Counted from the first letter of the stretch, positions 37,223 to 47,967 are shown. The stretch: DNA of 64,000 nucleotides from Eubacterium sp. UBA5416 (GCA_002409525.1 DHNM01000002.1:512-64511); one strand, 5' to 3'. Notes: generated from the sequence alone by a model not told the origin. Program-made: numbers and translations.

Positions 37223-38059
37223 TTACTTCCCCCTTTTCATCGATAAGAAATCATTGTATCCCGTGATCAGAAGAAACAGACCGACAAAGAGTACGACCGT
37301 AGCCACAATCGGAGAGCCGATCCAGAACCACTGACCGGCGAAGATCGCATTGCGCTCTCTTGCCCACTGAATCATATTTCCGAGTGAAATCAGATTTGCC
37401 GGAGACAGTCCCAGCACAGCAAGACTCGACTCAGAACCGATAGCAGAAAGTGTGGCATTCATGAAGTTGGACAGCGACCAGGTGAGTGCATAAGGCAGAA
37501 TCTCCGTCACGACTACCTGAACCGTCCCTTCCCCTGAAAACCAGGCCGTATGGATAAAATCTCTCTCTTTCATAGTTAAAGCCATAGACCGAATCTGCCG
37601 GCTTGGCCATGCCCATGCAAACATCGCCAATACCAGCGCCATAAGAAAGACTGTGGACGACCCCTTCATCAGCGATGTCATCAAAATCAGAATAGGAAGA
37701 GAAGGGATGACCACAAAAGTATCTGTCAAAAGTGTCAGAACACGATCTGCAATTCCACCGGAAAATCCTGCAAGAAGCCCGACGAAAACCCCCACCACCG
37801 TTCCGATTGTCGCTACAATCAGGCCGATCATCAGCGAATTATGGATGGCTTCGATGAGAAGCCACATCACATCCTGCCCCATGCTCGTTGTTCCAAGCCA
37901 GTGCACAAACGAAGGACTTAACTGCTCCGGATACGTATTGTAGGTAAATGGATTCACATGCGGGATATAATAAATTACAAAACCAATCACCAGAAATACC
38001 GCTGTCGTGATGAGTCCGATCTTCAGTTGGATGTTCGCATTTTTCCAAAATTTTTTCAT
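37223..38059 (-). CDS. Opp/Dpp-type ABC transporter permease (OppC-like)
   Basis: PS..HWLGTTSMGQD, IPSLPILI, RQIRS, SLGNMI motifs. Confidence 0.9.
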   Translation of the reverse strand: MKKFWKNANIQLKIGLITTAVFLVIGFVIYYIPHVNPFTYNTYPEQLSPSFVHWLGTTSMGQDVMWLLIEAIHNSLMIGLIVATIGTVVGVFVGLLAGFSGGIADRVLTLLTDTFVVIPSLPILILMTSLMKGSSTVFLMALVLAMFAWAWPSRQIRSMALTMKERDFIHTAWFSGEGTVQVVVTEILPYALTWSLSNFMNATLSAIGSESSLAVLGLSPANLISLGNMIQWARERNAIFAGQWFWIGSPIVATVVLFVGLFLLITGYNDFLSMKRGK

Positions 38060-38074
38060 CTCATCATCCTTTCT

Positions 38075-39073
38075 TCAGCTGTACCGGATGCGCGGGTCGA
38101 TAAATGGATACATCAAATCCACAATCAGCGTAGCCGTAGAAATCGCAAGGATCGAAATTGTAATGCACCCCAGAATCATGTTGTAATCCGACTGAAGGAT
38201 TGCCTTTTGAATCAATGTACCGACACCGGGATACCCAAAGATGATCTCCGTCATGATCGAACCACCGAATACACCACCGAGACTCATCGCGAGAGCTGTA
38301 ATCTGAGTCAGAATTGAGTTTCGTAGCACATAATCTTTCCCGATCACCTTTTCCGGAACTCCGCGGTATCGGGCAAAAGTCACAAACTCTTCCTCGGCTG
38401 TCGTAGCGGAAAGTGATTTCATTGATATAATCCACCACCCTGCCCCGACAAGCAGCAGGGAAATGGCCGGAAGAATCGAGGCCTTCAACAGTGAACCGAG
38501 AAAAGCTCCTGTTCCTCCCATCGTATTCATTGTTGTCTGCAGGGGAAACCATCCCAGCAGATAGGCAAAGACAATCTGCAAAACCAGCGCAACGATAAAA
38601 TACGGAATCGGATAGATACAGATAGCTATCCCCTCCATGATTTTAGAAGAACGCTTGTTCTTCCGAAATCCGGCCTGAAGGCCAATCAGGTTTCCGATCA
38701 CCCAGGCGATCACTGTTGTTGTCAGAGACAGACAAAGCGTGTAGGGCAGATACGTGGCAATAATCTCACCCGCGGGCGTTGGATAACTCATCAGAGAAGG
38801 TCCGAAGTCAAAGTGCAGGAGTCCATGCCACAGGAAACTTCCATACTGCTTCAGGAGTGAACCTTCCAGTCCAAATTGTATTCGCAGCGAATGGCGAAGC
38901 GATTCCATCTGAGCAGGATCCATCTGACCCGAACGTGACTCCATCTGTCCGATCATGTTTTCCACGGGATCCGAAGGAAACATGCGGGGAATGAAGAAGA
39001 TAAAAGTAACTCCTATCCAGATCGTGAAAATCCAGGTAACGAGCCGAAGCCCTAAATATTTTCGAAACTTCAA
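38075..39073 (-). CDS. Opp/Dpp-type ABC transporter permease (OppB-like)
   Basis: PRMFPSDP, DFGPSL, ARYRG, EIIFGYPGVG, YPFIDPRIRY; TTG 39073 fits RBS GAGGTG better than 39079. Confidence 0.9.
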   Translation of the reverse strand: MKFRKYLGLRLVTWIFTIWIGVTFIFFIPRMFPSDPVENMIGQMESRSGQMDPAQMESLRHSLRIQFGLEGSLLKQYGSFLWHGLLHFDFGPSLMSYPTPAGEIIATYLPYTLCLSLTTTVIAWVIGNLIGLQAGFRKNKRSSKIMEGIAICIYPIPYFIVALVLQIVFAYLLGWFPLQTTMNTMGGTGAFLGSLLKASILPAISLLLVGAGWWIISMKSLSATTAEEEFVTFARYRGVPEKVIGKDYVLRNSILTQITALAMSLGGVFGGSIMTEIIFGYPGVGTLIQKAILQSDYNMILGCITISILAISTATLIVDLMYPFIDPRIRYS

Positions 39074-39084
39074 ATGCAATCACC

Positions 39085-41025
39085 TCATTTCGATTCATCT
39101 TTCACAGGGGAAATCTCAGGTGTCATATATTTGAAGCAGCTCCACCACCACCAGGGACCATTATACGGATTCTCGGCATTGGGATAATTGCCCCAGTATG
39201 TGCTGTTTGTCGGTACAAACTTCACTCCGGAATGGAAACCGATAAATGGCATATCAGCAATCGCTATTTTCATGAAATCCATCCCCAGCTGATAAGATTT
39301 CTCGTCATCCGGCGACAGTCCGGCCAGCTCATGGATAATCTTCGTAGCCTCAGGATTGTTCCATCGCGTTCCCTGACCGGATCCCCGCTTGCCATAGGGC
39401 ACAATCAGGTCCGCATCCCATCCACTGATCTGCGAATAAATATCTTTGGTAATTCCACCTGTGGGCCAGTAACCGGCAATATCAAACTCGCCCGTGGCCC
39501 CATGGGTATCCCAGGTTGCGCTGCTCTCACTGGAAATGTTGCATTTCAGCCCGAATTTGCTCAGCTGATCATAAGCGGCCTGTACTCCCCGGCCTGCCTG
39601 AGCTTCTGTGTCAGCCATGTATGTCATGTTAATGGTAAACGGCTTCCCGTCAAAGTACCATCCGTCATCTTCCTTCGTAAGTCCTGCTTTTTTCAAAAGC
39701 TTCTCTGCCGACTGTGGATCATGCTTCCAGCAGCCAATTCCAAACAGATCGATCAGTTCATCTTTGTCATCCGGAATGTCATAGCCTTTCGCTTTCAGTT
39801 TTTTGGCCATTCGCCCGGCATAACCGGAATCAAAAGGTTTGACCGTTGTTCCGTCTCCGAGATCCAAAGTAAACTCTTCCACCCAGGGTAACAAGGGCAG
39901 ATAATACATTTTCTGCATGGCATTTGTCGCCGTCAGAATCGGGAAGGGGCTCGCCCTTCCGACACCGTCAAATATCGTGTCGGAGATATCATCAAAGTTC
40001 ATCGCCATCGCAATTCCCCATCGGAAATCCGGATTGTCATAAGGTGCTCCTTTTCCCATGGAGAATGCAAGACCTTTTGAGCAGGGATCATCGCTGGTCG
40101 CATATGGAAAATCATGATACCAGCAGGAAATCCTGTCGTTGTCCTTCATCATCTTCTCGAGCATCTCAGGCGTAACTTCACAGAGAATATCCACTTCGTT
40201 GTTGATCATGCTCATCTGCCTTGTCGTGTCATCTCCCAGAACCTTAAACAGGATGTATTTCGCTTTCGGCTTCTTTCCAGTGACAACACCGACTGTACTG
40301 TTTTTCCAGTCTTCTCTGCGTTCATAAAGAATCCATTTTCCAAGCTTGTCAAAGGCTTTTACCGTATAAGGACCTGCAACAACCGGTTCACTGTCCTTAA
40401 ATGTTGTGACATCCGATTGTTTTGAGTAGATATGTTCCGGAACGATTCGCAGATCATTTCCATATATAGTGACACCGAACCTCAGTGCAAGACGCGGGAA
40501 AGATTCATTTGTCACGATTTTGATCGTATAATCATCCACTTTGTCAACAGACTTGAATACTTGATTATAATAGTCCGATGCGCCAATCCCGGGATTCTCC
40601 ATGATCATGTGGAATGTATAAACAACATCATCCGCTGTCAGATCTTCCCCATCTGACCATTTGATTCCTTTTCGAATTTTAACGATATGCTCCGTAAAAT
40701 CCTCATTCGATTCCGGCATACCGTCTGCAACTTCTCCGAACTGTTCTCCTTTTACTGTATCCATCTCCCACATCATCGCTGACATTAGCTGATGTATACC
40801 GAATCCGACCTGCGTGCCGGACATGTAGGTGTTAAACTGTCCCGGGACATCTGTGGGGGTCTGTGCCTCCACGATCAGCGTCTCATCCCGGGGTGTTCCG
40901 ACCTCAGTCATATCTCCTTTTTTGCCGCCGGATCCGCCCCCGCCTCCTTTTCCACATCCGGCCATTCCTGCCACAAGCGATGCCACAAGCACAGGAGTCA
41001 AAAGTTTTAGTAAGCTTTTTCGCAT
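39085..41025 (-). CDS. Family 5 (OppA-like) substrate-binding lipoprotein, probably oligosaccharide-binding
   Basis: Lipobox MAGC; PRDETL, IRKGIKWSDGEDLTADDVVYTF, PVVAGPY motifs. Confidence 0.88.
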   Translation of the reverse strand: MRKSLLKLLTPVLVASLVAGMAGCGKGGGGGSGGKKGDMTEVGTPRDETLIVEAQTPTDVPGQFNTYMSGTQVGFGIHQLMSAMMWEMDTVKGEQFGEVADGMPESNEDFTEHIVKIRKGIKWSDGEDLTADDVVYTFHMIMENPGIGASDYYNQVFKSVDKVDDYTIKIVTNESFPRLALRFGVTIYGNDLRIVPEHIYSKQSDVTTFKDSEPVVAGPYTVKAFDKLGKWILYERREDWKNSTVGVVTGKKPKAKYILFKVLGDDTTRQMSMINNEVDILCEVTPEMLEKMMKDNDRISCWYHDFPYATSDDPCSKGLAFSMGKGAPYDNPDFRWGIAMAMNFDDISDTIFDGVGRASPFPILTATNAMQKMYYLPLLPWVEEFTLDLGDGTTVKPFDSGYAGRMAKKLKAKGYDIPDDKDELIDLFGIGCWKHDPQSAEKLLKKAGLTKEDDGWYFDGKPFTINMTYMADTEAQAGRGVQAAYDQLSKFGLKCNISSESSATWDTHGATGEFDIAGYWPTGGITKDIYSQISGWDADLIVPYGKRGSGQGTRWNNPEATKIIHELAGLSPDDEKSYQLGMDFMKIAIADMPFIGFHSGVKFVPTNSTYWGNYPNAENPYNGPWWWWSCFKYMTPEISPVKDESK

Positions 41026-41162
41026 AACGAATACCTCCTATTCATTTACTGTCGTTTTGTACTTTCAATGAATCGTTATCAGAGGTTGTCTACTTTATGT
41101 AAACATGTACTAGTATGGATAATTCAGTATATACAATGGGTGGCATTCATATGCTAATAAAA

Positions 41163-42890
41163 TCACTTGCTTTCTGCTGCTTTTTTTCTCTCTCCTGTCT
41201 GTTGTTTCTGATAAGATTCCCGCACCATCTGTGTGAGTTCCCTTCCTCCATTTGAATACCAGTCGCTTACGAAGGTGTCGAAGTACGCCACTGGTTTATC
41301 TCCGCAGACAATCTGCAGAAACGCCTGTTTTTCCAGTTTTAAAAGTTCAGGGGGGACTTCACCCTCCACATCCCCCATTGACAGTGGGATATTGCTCTCT
41401 ATCCCGGAATCTGCCAATAATCCTGCGGCAGTGATCCGAGAGGCATAGGCTGCCCACGCATTCGCAGTCGTCACATTGCCATTCAGATATGTTTTGCATG
41501 TATCGTAATAAGATTTCTCCAAACCCGATAGAGAATCGACCGACTGTTCACCTTCCAGAGCTGCTCTGATATTTCTTGTGCTCCGAAACAGCCCGTCTCT
41601 GTAATCCACATTGATATTCATGGGACGGGCAGTGGGATCCACGTTTAACGCAAAGTATTCATTGATTTCATCTGCATTTTTATCCTGATACCTGGAATAG
41701 TCAAACATAGCGCTGATATACTTGGGCACGATTTCCGGATGTTTATATCCCTTCCTCACCACCACATACTGCCAGTCGCTGTAAGAAGCAAAAGTCCGCA
41801 CCTGATTTTCATCTTCTCTGGTCAGAAAATACGGCTCCCAGTCAGCCTCTGGATTTGAGCTGTAGGAGGACATCAGTGGATTGTTTGGTGCCCACCAGTT
41901 ACCAAAGAATGCACCGCATTTCCCTTCGTTAACCAATTCATTGATATTCTCCGGTGTTCTCAGCAGGAACCTGGGGTCGAGGATGCCTGTCTGATACAGA
42001 TGGCTCAGATAAGTCAGTGCTGATTTTGTCTCCTGAGTCAGTGAACCATAAGTTACATTCCCATCTTTGTCAAGAATCCATTTCTGTGGTGCCGCATGGA
42101 ACATGGTGAAGACGGGATCCATGGAATAAGTGGAACTGCTCTTTGATACCATGCTGCTATTACAGGCCAGGCCAATGGTTTCCCTGTTTCCTGCAACATC
42201 TTTCTTTATAAACTCTTTGATGATATCCATAGCCTCTTCCATTGTTTCAGGCTCTTTTAGACCAAGCTTATCCATCCAGTCTTTTCTCATCCAGAGCATC
42301 ATAGCACCGTGGTCAATAACGGTATCCGGAAGCGCGTAAAGTTTCCCATCAGAAGATGCCGATTCCAGAAGACCTTCGCCATAACTCTGATACATGTCCT
42401 TCACACGGCTGGTTGTGCACTCTTCATACACCTCTGTCAAATCCGAGACGAGACCGTTCTTTATGAGATCTTTCAGATTATTTCTGCCCTTTACCACCAT
42501 GATATCCGGAATGTCCCTGTCTTTGATTGCCAGTCTTACCGTTTCATTGTACTGCTCCCCGTCTTCGATCTCAAAAACATCTTTATTCTGTATGTTCAGG
42601 TTTTTCTTCAGATAACGTGTATAACCATTATCCTCATAAGTCTCCCCAACAGGCAGGTTTGCGTTATTAGAACCCGATATTTTTCCCAGGGTGTAGGTTA
42701 CCTCATCCGGATACTTTCCGTGAGCCGTGTGTTCGGCAGTCGCCCATCTCTTTTTGATCTCTTCTGATGACATTGCATGTTCAGACCGCTGGTCCACCTG
42801 TTCCCGGGATGATCCATCCCCCAAAAGGAAAAGGCTCATCAAAGTGGCAGAAATTCCTAATAAGAACATTATTATCTTTCGTTTTCTCAT
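41163..42890 (-). CDS. Extracellular solute-binding protein associated with the two-component system
   Basis: WMRKDWMDKLGLKEPET motif; N-terminal hydrophobic anchor without lipobox Cys; 3 nt downstream of the kinase gene. Confidence 0.85.
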   Translation of the reverse strand: MRKRKIIMFLLGISATLMSLFLLGDGSSREQVDQRSEHAMSSEEIKKRWATAEHTAHGKYPDEVTYTLGKISGSNNANLPVGETYEDNGYTRYLKKNLNIQNKDVFEIEDGEQYNETVRLAIKDRDIPDIMVVKGRNNLKDLIKNGLVSDLTEVYEECTTSRVKDMYQSYGEGLLESASSDGKLYALPDTVIDHGAMMLWMRKDWMDKLGLKEPETMEEAMDIIKEFIKKDVAGNRETIGLACNSSMVSKSSSTYSMDPVFTMFHAAPQKWILDKDGNVTYGSLTQETKSALTYLSHLYQTGILDPRFLLRTPENINELVNEGKCGAFFGNWWAPNNPLMSSYSSNPEADWEPYFLTREDENQVRTFASYSDWQYVVVRKGYKHPEIVPKYISAMFDYSRYQDKNADEINEYFALNVDPTARPMNINVDYRDGLFRSTRNIRAALEGEQSVDSLSGLEKSYYDTCKTYLNGNVTTANAWAAYASRITAAGLLADSGIESNIPLSMGDVEGEVPPELLKLEKQAFLQIVCGDKPVAYFDTFVSDWYSNGGRELTQMVRESYQKQQTGERKKAAESK

Positions 42891-42893
42891 CGA

Positions 42894-44585
42894 TTACTTC
42901 TCTCCCTTGTTTTTAGGAATTCGAATTTGAACACAGGTTCCCTCTCCTTCTTTACTTCTCACATGGAGCCCGTATTTCTCTCCATACAGCAGAACCAGAC
43001 GGTCATTTACATTTCTCACCCCATAGCCTTTGGAGTGGTAAGTCACAATCTGTTCCGCCTTTTCCCGCTCCATGCCAAACCCATTGTCACATACACTCAG
43101 ATACAGAGTCTTTTCATCCTGGGAAATGCAGATCAGCAAGTTTCTCTCTTCCTTTTCTGACGCATCCAGGCCATGTTCTATGGCATTTTCAACAAGCGGC
43201 TGCAAAATTAACTTCGGAACCTCACAGTCTTTGGAATCGTTGTCCACATCCCAGGTGGTCTTAAAATTATCATCATGCATGATCAGTTGAATATCAAGGT
43301 AAGCCCTGATATTACTCAGTTCATTTTCCACAGTTGTCATCGTTTCGCCTCTGTTCAAACTGGTGCGGTAAAAGGTCGACAGGGCCAGTGTCACCTGGCT
43401 GATTTCCGGCTCATCTGCCTCGATGGCTTTCCAGTTTATAATTGAGAGTGAATTATATAGGAAGTGAGGATTAATCTGCGCCTGCAGGGCTTTCATTTCT
43501 GTCTTCTGAAGCGCGATCTTGGATTCATATACCTCGGAAATGAGCTTGTTAATTTCATTCATCATCCTTCGAAAGCTGCGAATCAGCACACCTACTTCAT
43601 CTTTTGAGTCACTGCTGACTGTTACTTCCCTCGATCCAAGATTAATCCGATTTATGTTTTCGGTCAGACGTTCCAGCCTTCCCACCATGCCTCTGGAAGC
43701 CCAATATCCCAGCAGCAAAATCAGTAGGATACAGATCGCCAGGATAGGAAAATTTCTTTCAACCAGATGATTAGCCGATTCCGTCATCACTTTTGTCGGA
43801 CGGTACAGATAGAACTTCCAGCCTGTATCCTCCATCTCCCTGGTCGAGTACGAATAGTGGGATTTAATATAGTCTACGGACTCTGCCCGGGCCGGTCGGT
43901 ACTCCTCACTCATGGAATAGCTGGAATATACGATATCTCCATGCTGATCGCAGATGGTTCCCCCTGTATTATCTTTGCTCAGGCTGCTGAATGGTTCCAG
44001 CATTCTGTTATAATCCAGAGTGACTGCCAAAACTGCTGTAATTTTCTCATGATCAAAAAATTTCCGGCTGGCAATAATTTTCCGTTTGCTGCCCCTCTTT
44101 ACAAACCACTGTACTTTTTCTGTGGATTTCAGATCCGGATACCAGAATTCTTTTTCTGCACTGTCAAGAGGAGCCAGCGTATTCCCATGTTTCACTTTAA
44201 TATTCTCAGCATATAATGTTATTTTCTGAATTTCCTTGTGATAGATCTGAGGCATGGTAAGCAGCGGATCTGCCACTTCTGTATATTCCAGATAAGCCTC
44301 ATAGTCAGATGTGAATTCTGTATCTATAATTTTGCGCAGATCCTGCGAATAGGACAGATAATTAATCAGATTACCGTAGATTTCCGCCTGGTTATCCAGG
44401 GTGTTCACCGTCTGATCCAGGGTGTCCTTCAGATTATTCTCCTCATTGCCACGCAGCATCTTAAGTGTTCCTGTCTGCATATATATACTCACGATCATCA
44501 CAGGGATCAGGCCAGCGGCTATCATCAGAATCGTCAGTTTATACCGGTATTTTAAATCTCTAAATTTACGGATGATCTTCTTCAT
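42894..44585 (-). CDS. Sensor histidine kinase, YesM/LytS-like
   Basis: Two TM helices, HAMP (DEVGVL..SF..M), LQAQINPHFLYNSL, LQPLVENAIEHG, DNGFG, GYGVRNV. Confidence 0.95.
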   Translation of the reverse strand: MKKIIRKFRDLKYRYKLTILMIAAGLIPVMIVSIYMQTGTLKMLRGNEENNLKDTLDQTVNTLDNQAEIYGNLINYLSYSQDLRKIIDTEFTSDYEAYLEYTEVADPLLTMPQIYHKEIQKITLYAENIKVKHGNTLAPLDSAEKEFWYPDLKSTEKVQWFVKRGSKRKIIASRKFFDHEKITAVLAVTLDYNRMLEPFSSLSKDNTGGTICDQHGDIVYSSYSMSEEYRPARAESVDYIKSHYSYSTREMEDTGWKFYLYRPTKVMTESANHLVERNFPILAICILLILLLGYWASRGMVGRLERLTENINRINLGSREVTVSSDSKDEVGVLIRSFRRMMNEINKLISEVYESKIALQKTEMKALQAQINPHFLYNSLSIINWKAIEADEPEISQVTLALSTFYRTSLNRGETMTTVENELSNIRAYLDIQLIMHDDNFKTTWDVDNDSKDCEVPKLILQPLVENAIEHGLDASEKEERNLLICISQDEKTLYLSVCDNGFGMEREKAEQIVTYHSKGYGVRNVNDRLVLLYGEKYGLHVRSKEGEGTCVQIRIPKNKGEK

Positions 44586-46104
44586 CTATTATATTTCCCT
44601 TTCGGCATGACTCCGGCGTACTGCCAAAATACTCCCGGAAACTTCGTCCAAAGTAAGAATTGTTAGAAAATCCTACTTTTTCAGCGATCTGCACAACCTT
44701 CAGATTGGTAGTTTTCAAAAGTTCTTTCGACTTCTCCATACGGTATTCTCTGATAAAACGGTTCAGATTTACCCCGGTTTCCTGCTTGAATACAAAACTT
44801 AGGTATCCGGGAGAAAGACAGACCTGATCAGCAAGAAGCTCCGTAGTCAAAGCTTCATCGTAATGATGATAGATATAACTCTTTACCTGAGTCACATCTT
44901 CCCGATCGCCCCCGTCCTGAACCTTAAGATAATCCTCGAATTCTCTTATTGCCTTTTTCGTGATTTCCAATACATCCTGAATTGTATTGCAGTGATACAT
45001 GCGGTCCACTTCTTTAGACAGCTCCCGCTCTCCGGTCACAGCAATTACCTCATAAATTTCCTTTAGAATATTTGAAAAAACAAACTTGACATATAATTCA
45101 GAAAAGCGGCTGACATCTTTGTATTTCTTTTCAATCCGATAGAAATCCAGCCAGAGGTGATTTACGTCTTTATGGTGAATATCTTCCTTAATGTTCAAAA
45201 ACAAAGTGGCATCCTGTATCTGGCTTACATCCTGTTCCTCCTCTTCCTGATCCATGGAAAACACATGGGTTTCCGGCTGATAAAACTGTTCTTCCAAAAG
45301 CTGTTCCATAACATTTAAATACTTTGGCATATCCTGGTAGCTCTCCAGAGGTCTGCTGATCACAAAATAACAGTCCACATAAAATCTTTGTCTGAAAAAG
45401 GTGCGCATCTGAAGAGCAAGTTTTTGGCAGTCACATGATCTGTCCGTGAGTAAGAACAAAGATTCGTTGGAATTCAGATTCTGATACTGAAATTTTCTCT
45501 GAAGATGTTCTCTTAAATCCTGCAAAAAATTATGCTCTTCCATCTCAAAGAAATTGTCGGAACTACCTGCCAGTATCATGTAAGAGAATTGATTTAAATC
45601 CTCTTTTTCCAGATTCGTAATTTTACCGGCATTTTCTATGTACTCTTCTTTTCCCGTAAGAAGAAAATTCAACAGAAAAAACTGTCTCAGATAGTCTTCC
45701 TGTTTATTCTGTTTCTGTAACTTCTCATTCTGCTTGTCGATATTTTCGGTAACTTTATCCAGTGTTTTTTTGAATTCCGCCGGATCCACCGGTTTCAGCA
45801 CATAATCCACAACTCCGTATCGAAGAGCTTCCCGGGCAAATGAAAAGTCATTATAACCGCTGAATATTATAATCTGCAGGTCTGGATATAGTTCTCTGGC
45901 CCGCCTGGAAAGTTCCAGACCGTCCATATATGGCATCTTGATATCTGAGAAAAGGATATCAACCTTCTGTTTCTGAAGGATTCCAAGTGCATCTTTGCCA
46001 TTCACCGCCTCTAGAATCTGATAATCCTTCTCCTCTTTTTGTAGAAGAAACCGAATGCCTTTTCTCTCTAGTTTTTCATCATCCACGATTAAAATAGAAA
46101 TCAT
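44566..46104 (-). CDS. Response regulator with AraC-type HTH, YesN-like
   Basis: ILIVDDE, DIKMPYMDGL, DYVLKP; C-terminal LSPGYLSFVFKQETG...VGFSNNSYF. Confidence 0.95.
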   Translation of the reverse strand: MISILIVDDEKLERKGIRFLLQKEEKDYQILEAVNGKDALGILQKQKVDILFSDIKMPYMDGLELSRRARELYPDLQIIIFSGYNDFSFAREALRYGVVDYVLKPVDPAEFKKTLDKVTENIDKQNEKLQKQNKQEDYLRQFFLLNFLLTGKEEYIENAGKITNLEKEDLNQFSYMILAGSSDNFFEMEEHNFLQDLREHLQRKFQYQNLNSNESLFLLTDRSCDCQKLALQMRTFFRQRFYVDCYFVISRPLESYQDMPKYLNVMEQLLEEQFYQPETHVFSMDQEEEEQDVSQIQDATLFLNIKEDIHHKDVNHLWLDFYRIEKKYKDVSRFSELYVKFVFSNILKEIYEVIAVTGERELSKEVDRMYHCNTIQDVLEITKKAIREFEDYLKVQDGGDREDVTQVKSYIYHHYDEALTTELLADQVCLSPGYLSFVFKQETGVNLNRFIREYRMEKSKELLKTTNLKVVQIAEKVGFSNNSYFGRSFREYFGSTPESCRKGNIIDEEDHP

Positions 46105-46228
46105 AATATATCTCCTGATAGTCCTTTAGGGGCCGCCGCATAAAGCGACAGCCCCTTCACAAGGGTTCCTATAGCAATGATACCACGACATGAGAATCAC
46201 TTAGGTTTTCAACCGTGATATCATATAT

Positions 46229-46257
46229 ATTTTAATCCAAAATGCCTTATATTGCAA
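46229..46257 (-). promoter_or_regulatory. Putative sigmaA promoter of the RR-HK-SBP operon
   Basis: Minus strand TTGCAA (46257-46252), 17-nt spacer, TAAAAT (46234-46229). Confidence 0.55.
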
Positions 46258-46272
46258 GTTTTTTAGGCGTGC

Positions 46273-47112
46273 TTATCCTTTGACGGCTCCGGCAATCACA
46301 CCTTCTATGATATATTTCTGGCAGGATAGATAGAAAATGATGATTGGTATGATCGAAATCACCAGAACCCCCATCATGGCTCCCATATCAATGGAACCAT
46401 ATCCTCCTTTTAAATACTGAACTGCAATCGGAATAGTCTTGTACTTCTTCGTATCTAGTACAAGCGATGGAAGAAGGTAGTCATTCCAAATCCACATGAC
46501 CTCCAAAATTACAACTGTAATACAGGTAGGCTTGGAGATAGGGAGAACGATCTTGAAAAACGTCTGCAATGGTGTACATCCGTCGATCATCGCTGCCTCC
46601 TCAATCTCCAGGGGAATGGATTTCATAAAGCCTGAGAACATAAATACTGCAAGGCCAGCACCAAATCCCAGATAAATAATGATAAGTCCCCAGGGACTGT
46701 CCAGCTTTAACATATTGGCAATCTTGGAAAGTGTGTACATTTCCATCTGAAATGGCACAACCATCGCAAACAGGCATAAGGTGTAGATAGCCGAAGTTAT
46801 TTTGTTCTTTACGCGGCTGATGTACCATGCGCACATGGAACAGCAGATGATAATCACCGCCACGGAAAATACCGTAATGAATAAACTCCATCCAAGAGCC
46901 TGATAAAGCCCTGTTTTTTCAACGCCCCTTACATAGTTTTCCATCCCAACAAACATCTTGCCCATTGGAATCTTGAAAGGGAACTTACTGATATATGCTT
47001 TTTTCTTAAATGAGTTAATGAACACCAGCACAATCGGATACATATACAGCAGACTGATTATACTGAAAACCAGTGTCAGGATCCATCCATGTTTTGTTTT
47101 TCTTGTATTCAT
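46273..47112 (-). CDS. Carbohydrate ABC transporter permease (GltC/MsmG-like)
   Basis: EIEEAAMIDGC, WIWNDYLLP, QKYIIEGV.AGAVKG. Confidence 0.92.
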   Translation of the reverse strand: MNTRKTKHGWILTLVFSIISLLYMYPIVLVFINSFKKKAYISKFPFKIPMGKMFVGMENYVRGVEKTGLYQALGWSLFITVFSVAVIIICCSMCAWYISRVKNKITSAIYTLCLFAMVVPFQMEMYTLSKIANMLKLDSPWGLIIIYLGFGAGLAVFMFSGFMKSIPLEIEEAAMIDGCTPLQTFFKIVLPISKPTCITVVILEVMWIWNDYLLPSLVLDTKKYKTIPIAVQYLKGGYGSIDMGAMMGVLVISIIPIIIFYLSCQKYIIEGVIAGAVKG

Positions 47113-47954
47113 TACTGCTGCACCTCCCTGGATCTGGTCAGTTTGTTCTGAACCAGCGCTATAATGACTACAATCAGGAAGAATACCACTGCCTTCGCCT
47201 GGCCTACGCCTTCATAACCGGTTCTGCCATAAAATGTGTTATAGATATTCAGGGCGAGCATTTCCGACATTCTGGATGGTGCTCCATTGGTAAGAGCAAG
47301 GTTCTGGTCAAATAACTTAAATCCATTCGTCAATGTCAGGAAAGTACAGATGGTGATAGAAGGCATCAGCATGGGCAGGGTTACATTTTTTAATACCTGC
47401 CGGGAACTGGCTCCGTCTATCTTCGCCGCCTCGGTCAGTTCTCCCGGAATACTCTGAATTCCTGAGATATAGATAATCATCATGTACCCTACCTGCTGCC
47501 AGCACATCAAAATAATCAAACCCCAGAAGCCATACGTTGAAGAATAGGTCAGTGTTCTCTGGAAATGAGCGAGAATGCCATTCAGCAACAGCTGCCAAAT
47601 ATAGCCGAGGATAATACCGCCAATCAGGTTCGGCATGAAGAACACAGTGCGGAATATATTGGTTCCTTTGATCCCCTTTGTCAAGAGCAAAGCGACAATA
47701 AAAGCCAGCACATTAATTAAGATAACCGAAACCAATGTGAACAATGCCGTATACCAGAGAGAATGTATAAAAACCGGATCCCCTAATATTTTTTTGTAGT
47801 TGCTGATTCCAATAAACTTAGCGTCCGTCACAGTAGTGAACTTGCAAAAGGACAGATAGATTCCCAATAAAAAAGGTGCTACAAATCCAATTGCAAAAGC
47901 TATCATAGTCGGCAGTATGAATATCGGAAAATATTTCTTAATTGCTTTTTCCAT
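47112..47954 (-). CDS. Carbohydrate ABC transporter permease (GltB/MsmF-like)
   Basis: FRTVFFMPNLIGGI, EAAKIDGAS, FKLFDQNLALT.GAP. Confidence 0.92.
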   Translation of the reverse strand: MEKAIKKYFPIFILPTMIAFAIGFVAPFLLGIYLSFCKFTTVTDAKFIGISNYKKILGDPVFIHSLWYTALFTLVSVILINVLAFIVALLLTKGIKGTNIFRTVFFMPNLIGGIILGYIWQLLLNGILAHFQRTLTYSSTYGFWGLIILMCWQQVGYMMIIYISGIQSIPGELTEAAKIDGASSRQVLKNVTLPMLMPSITICTFLTLTNGFKLFDQNLALTNGAPSRMSEMLALNIYNTFYGRTGYEGVGQAKAVVFFLIVVIIALVQNKLTRSREVQQ

Positions 47955-47967
47955 CTGTACTCCTCAA

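Noticed and set aside
46128-46156. GC-rich hairpin before the response regulator as a terminator
   Set aside because: No U-tract on the minus strand and it lies downstream of the candidate promoter; function unclear, so not called
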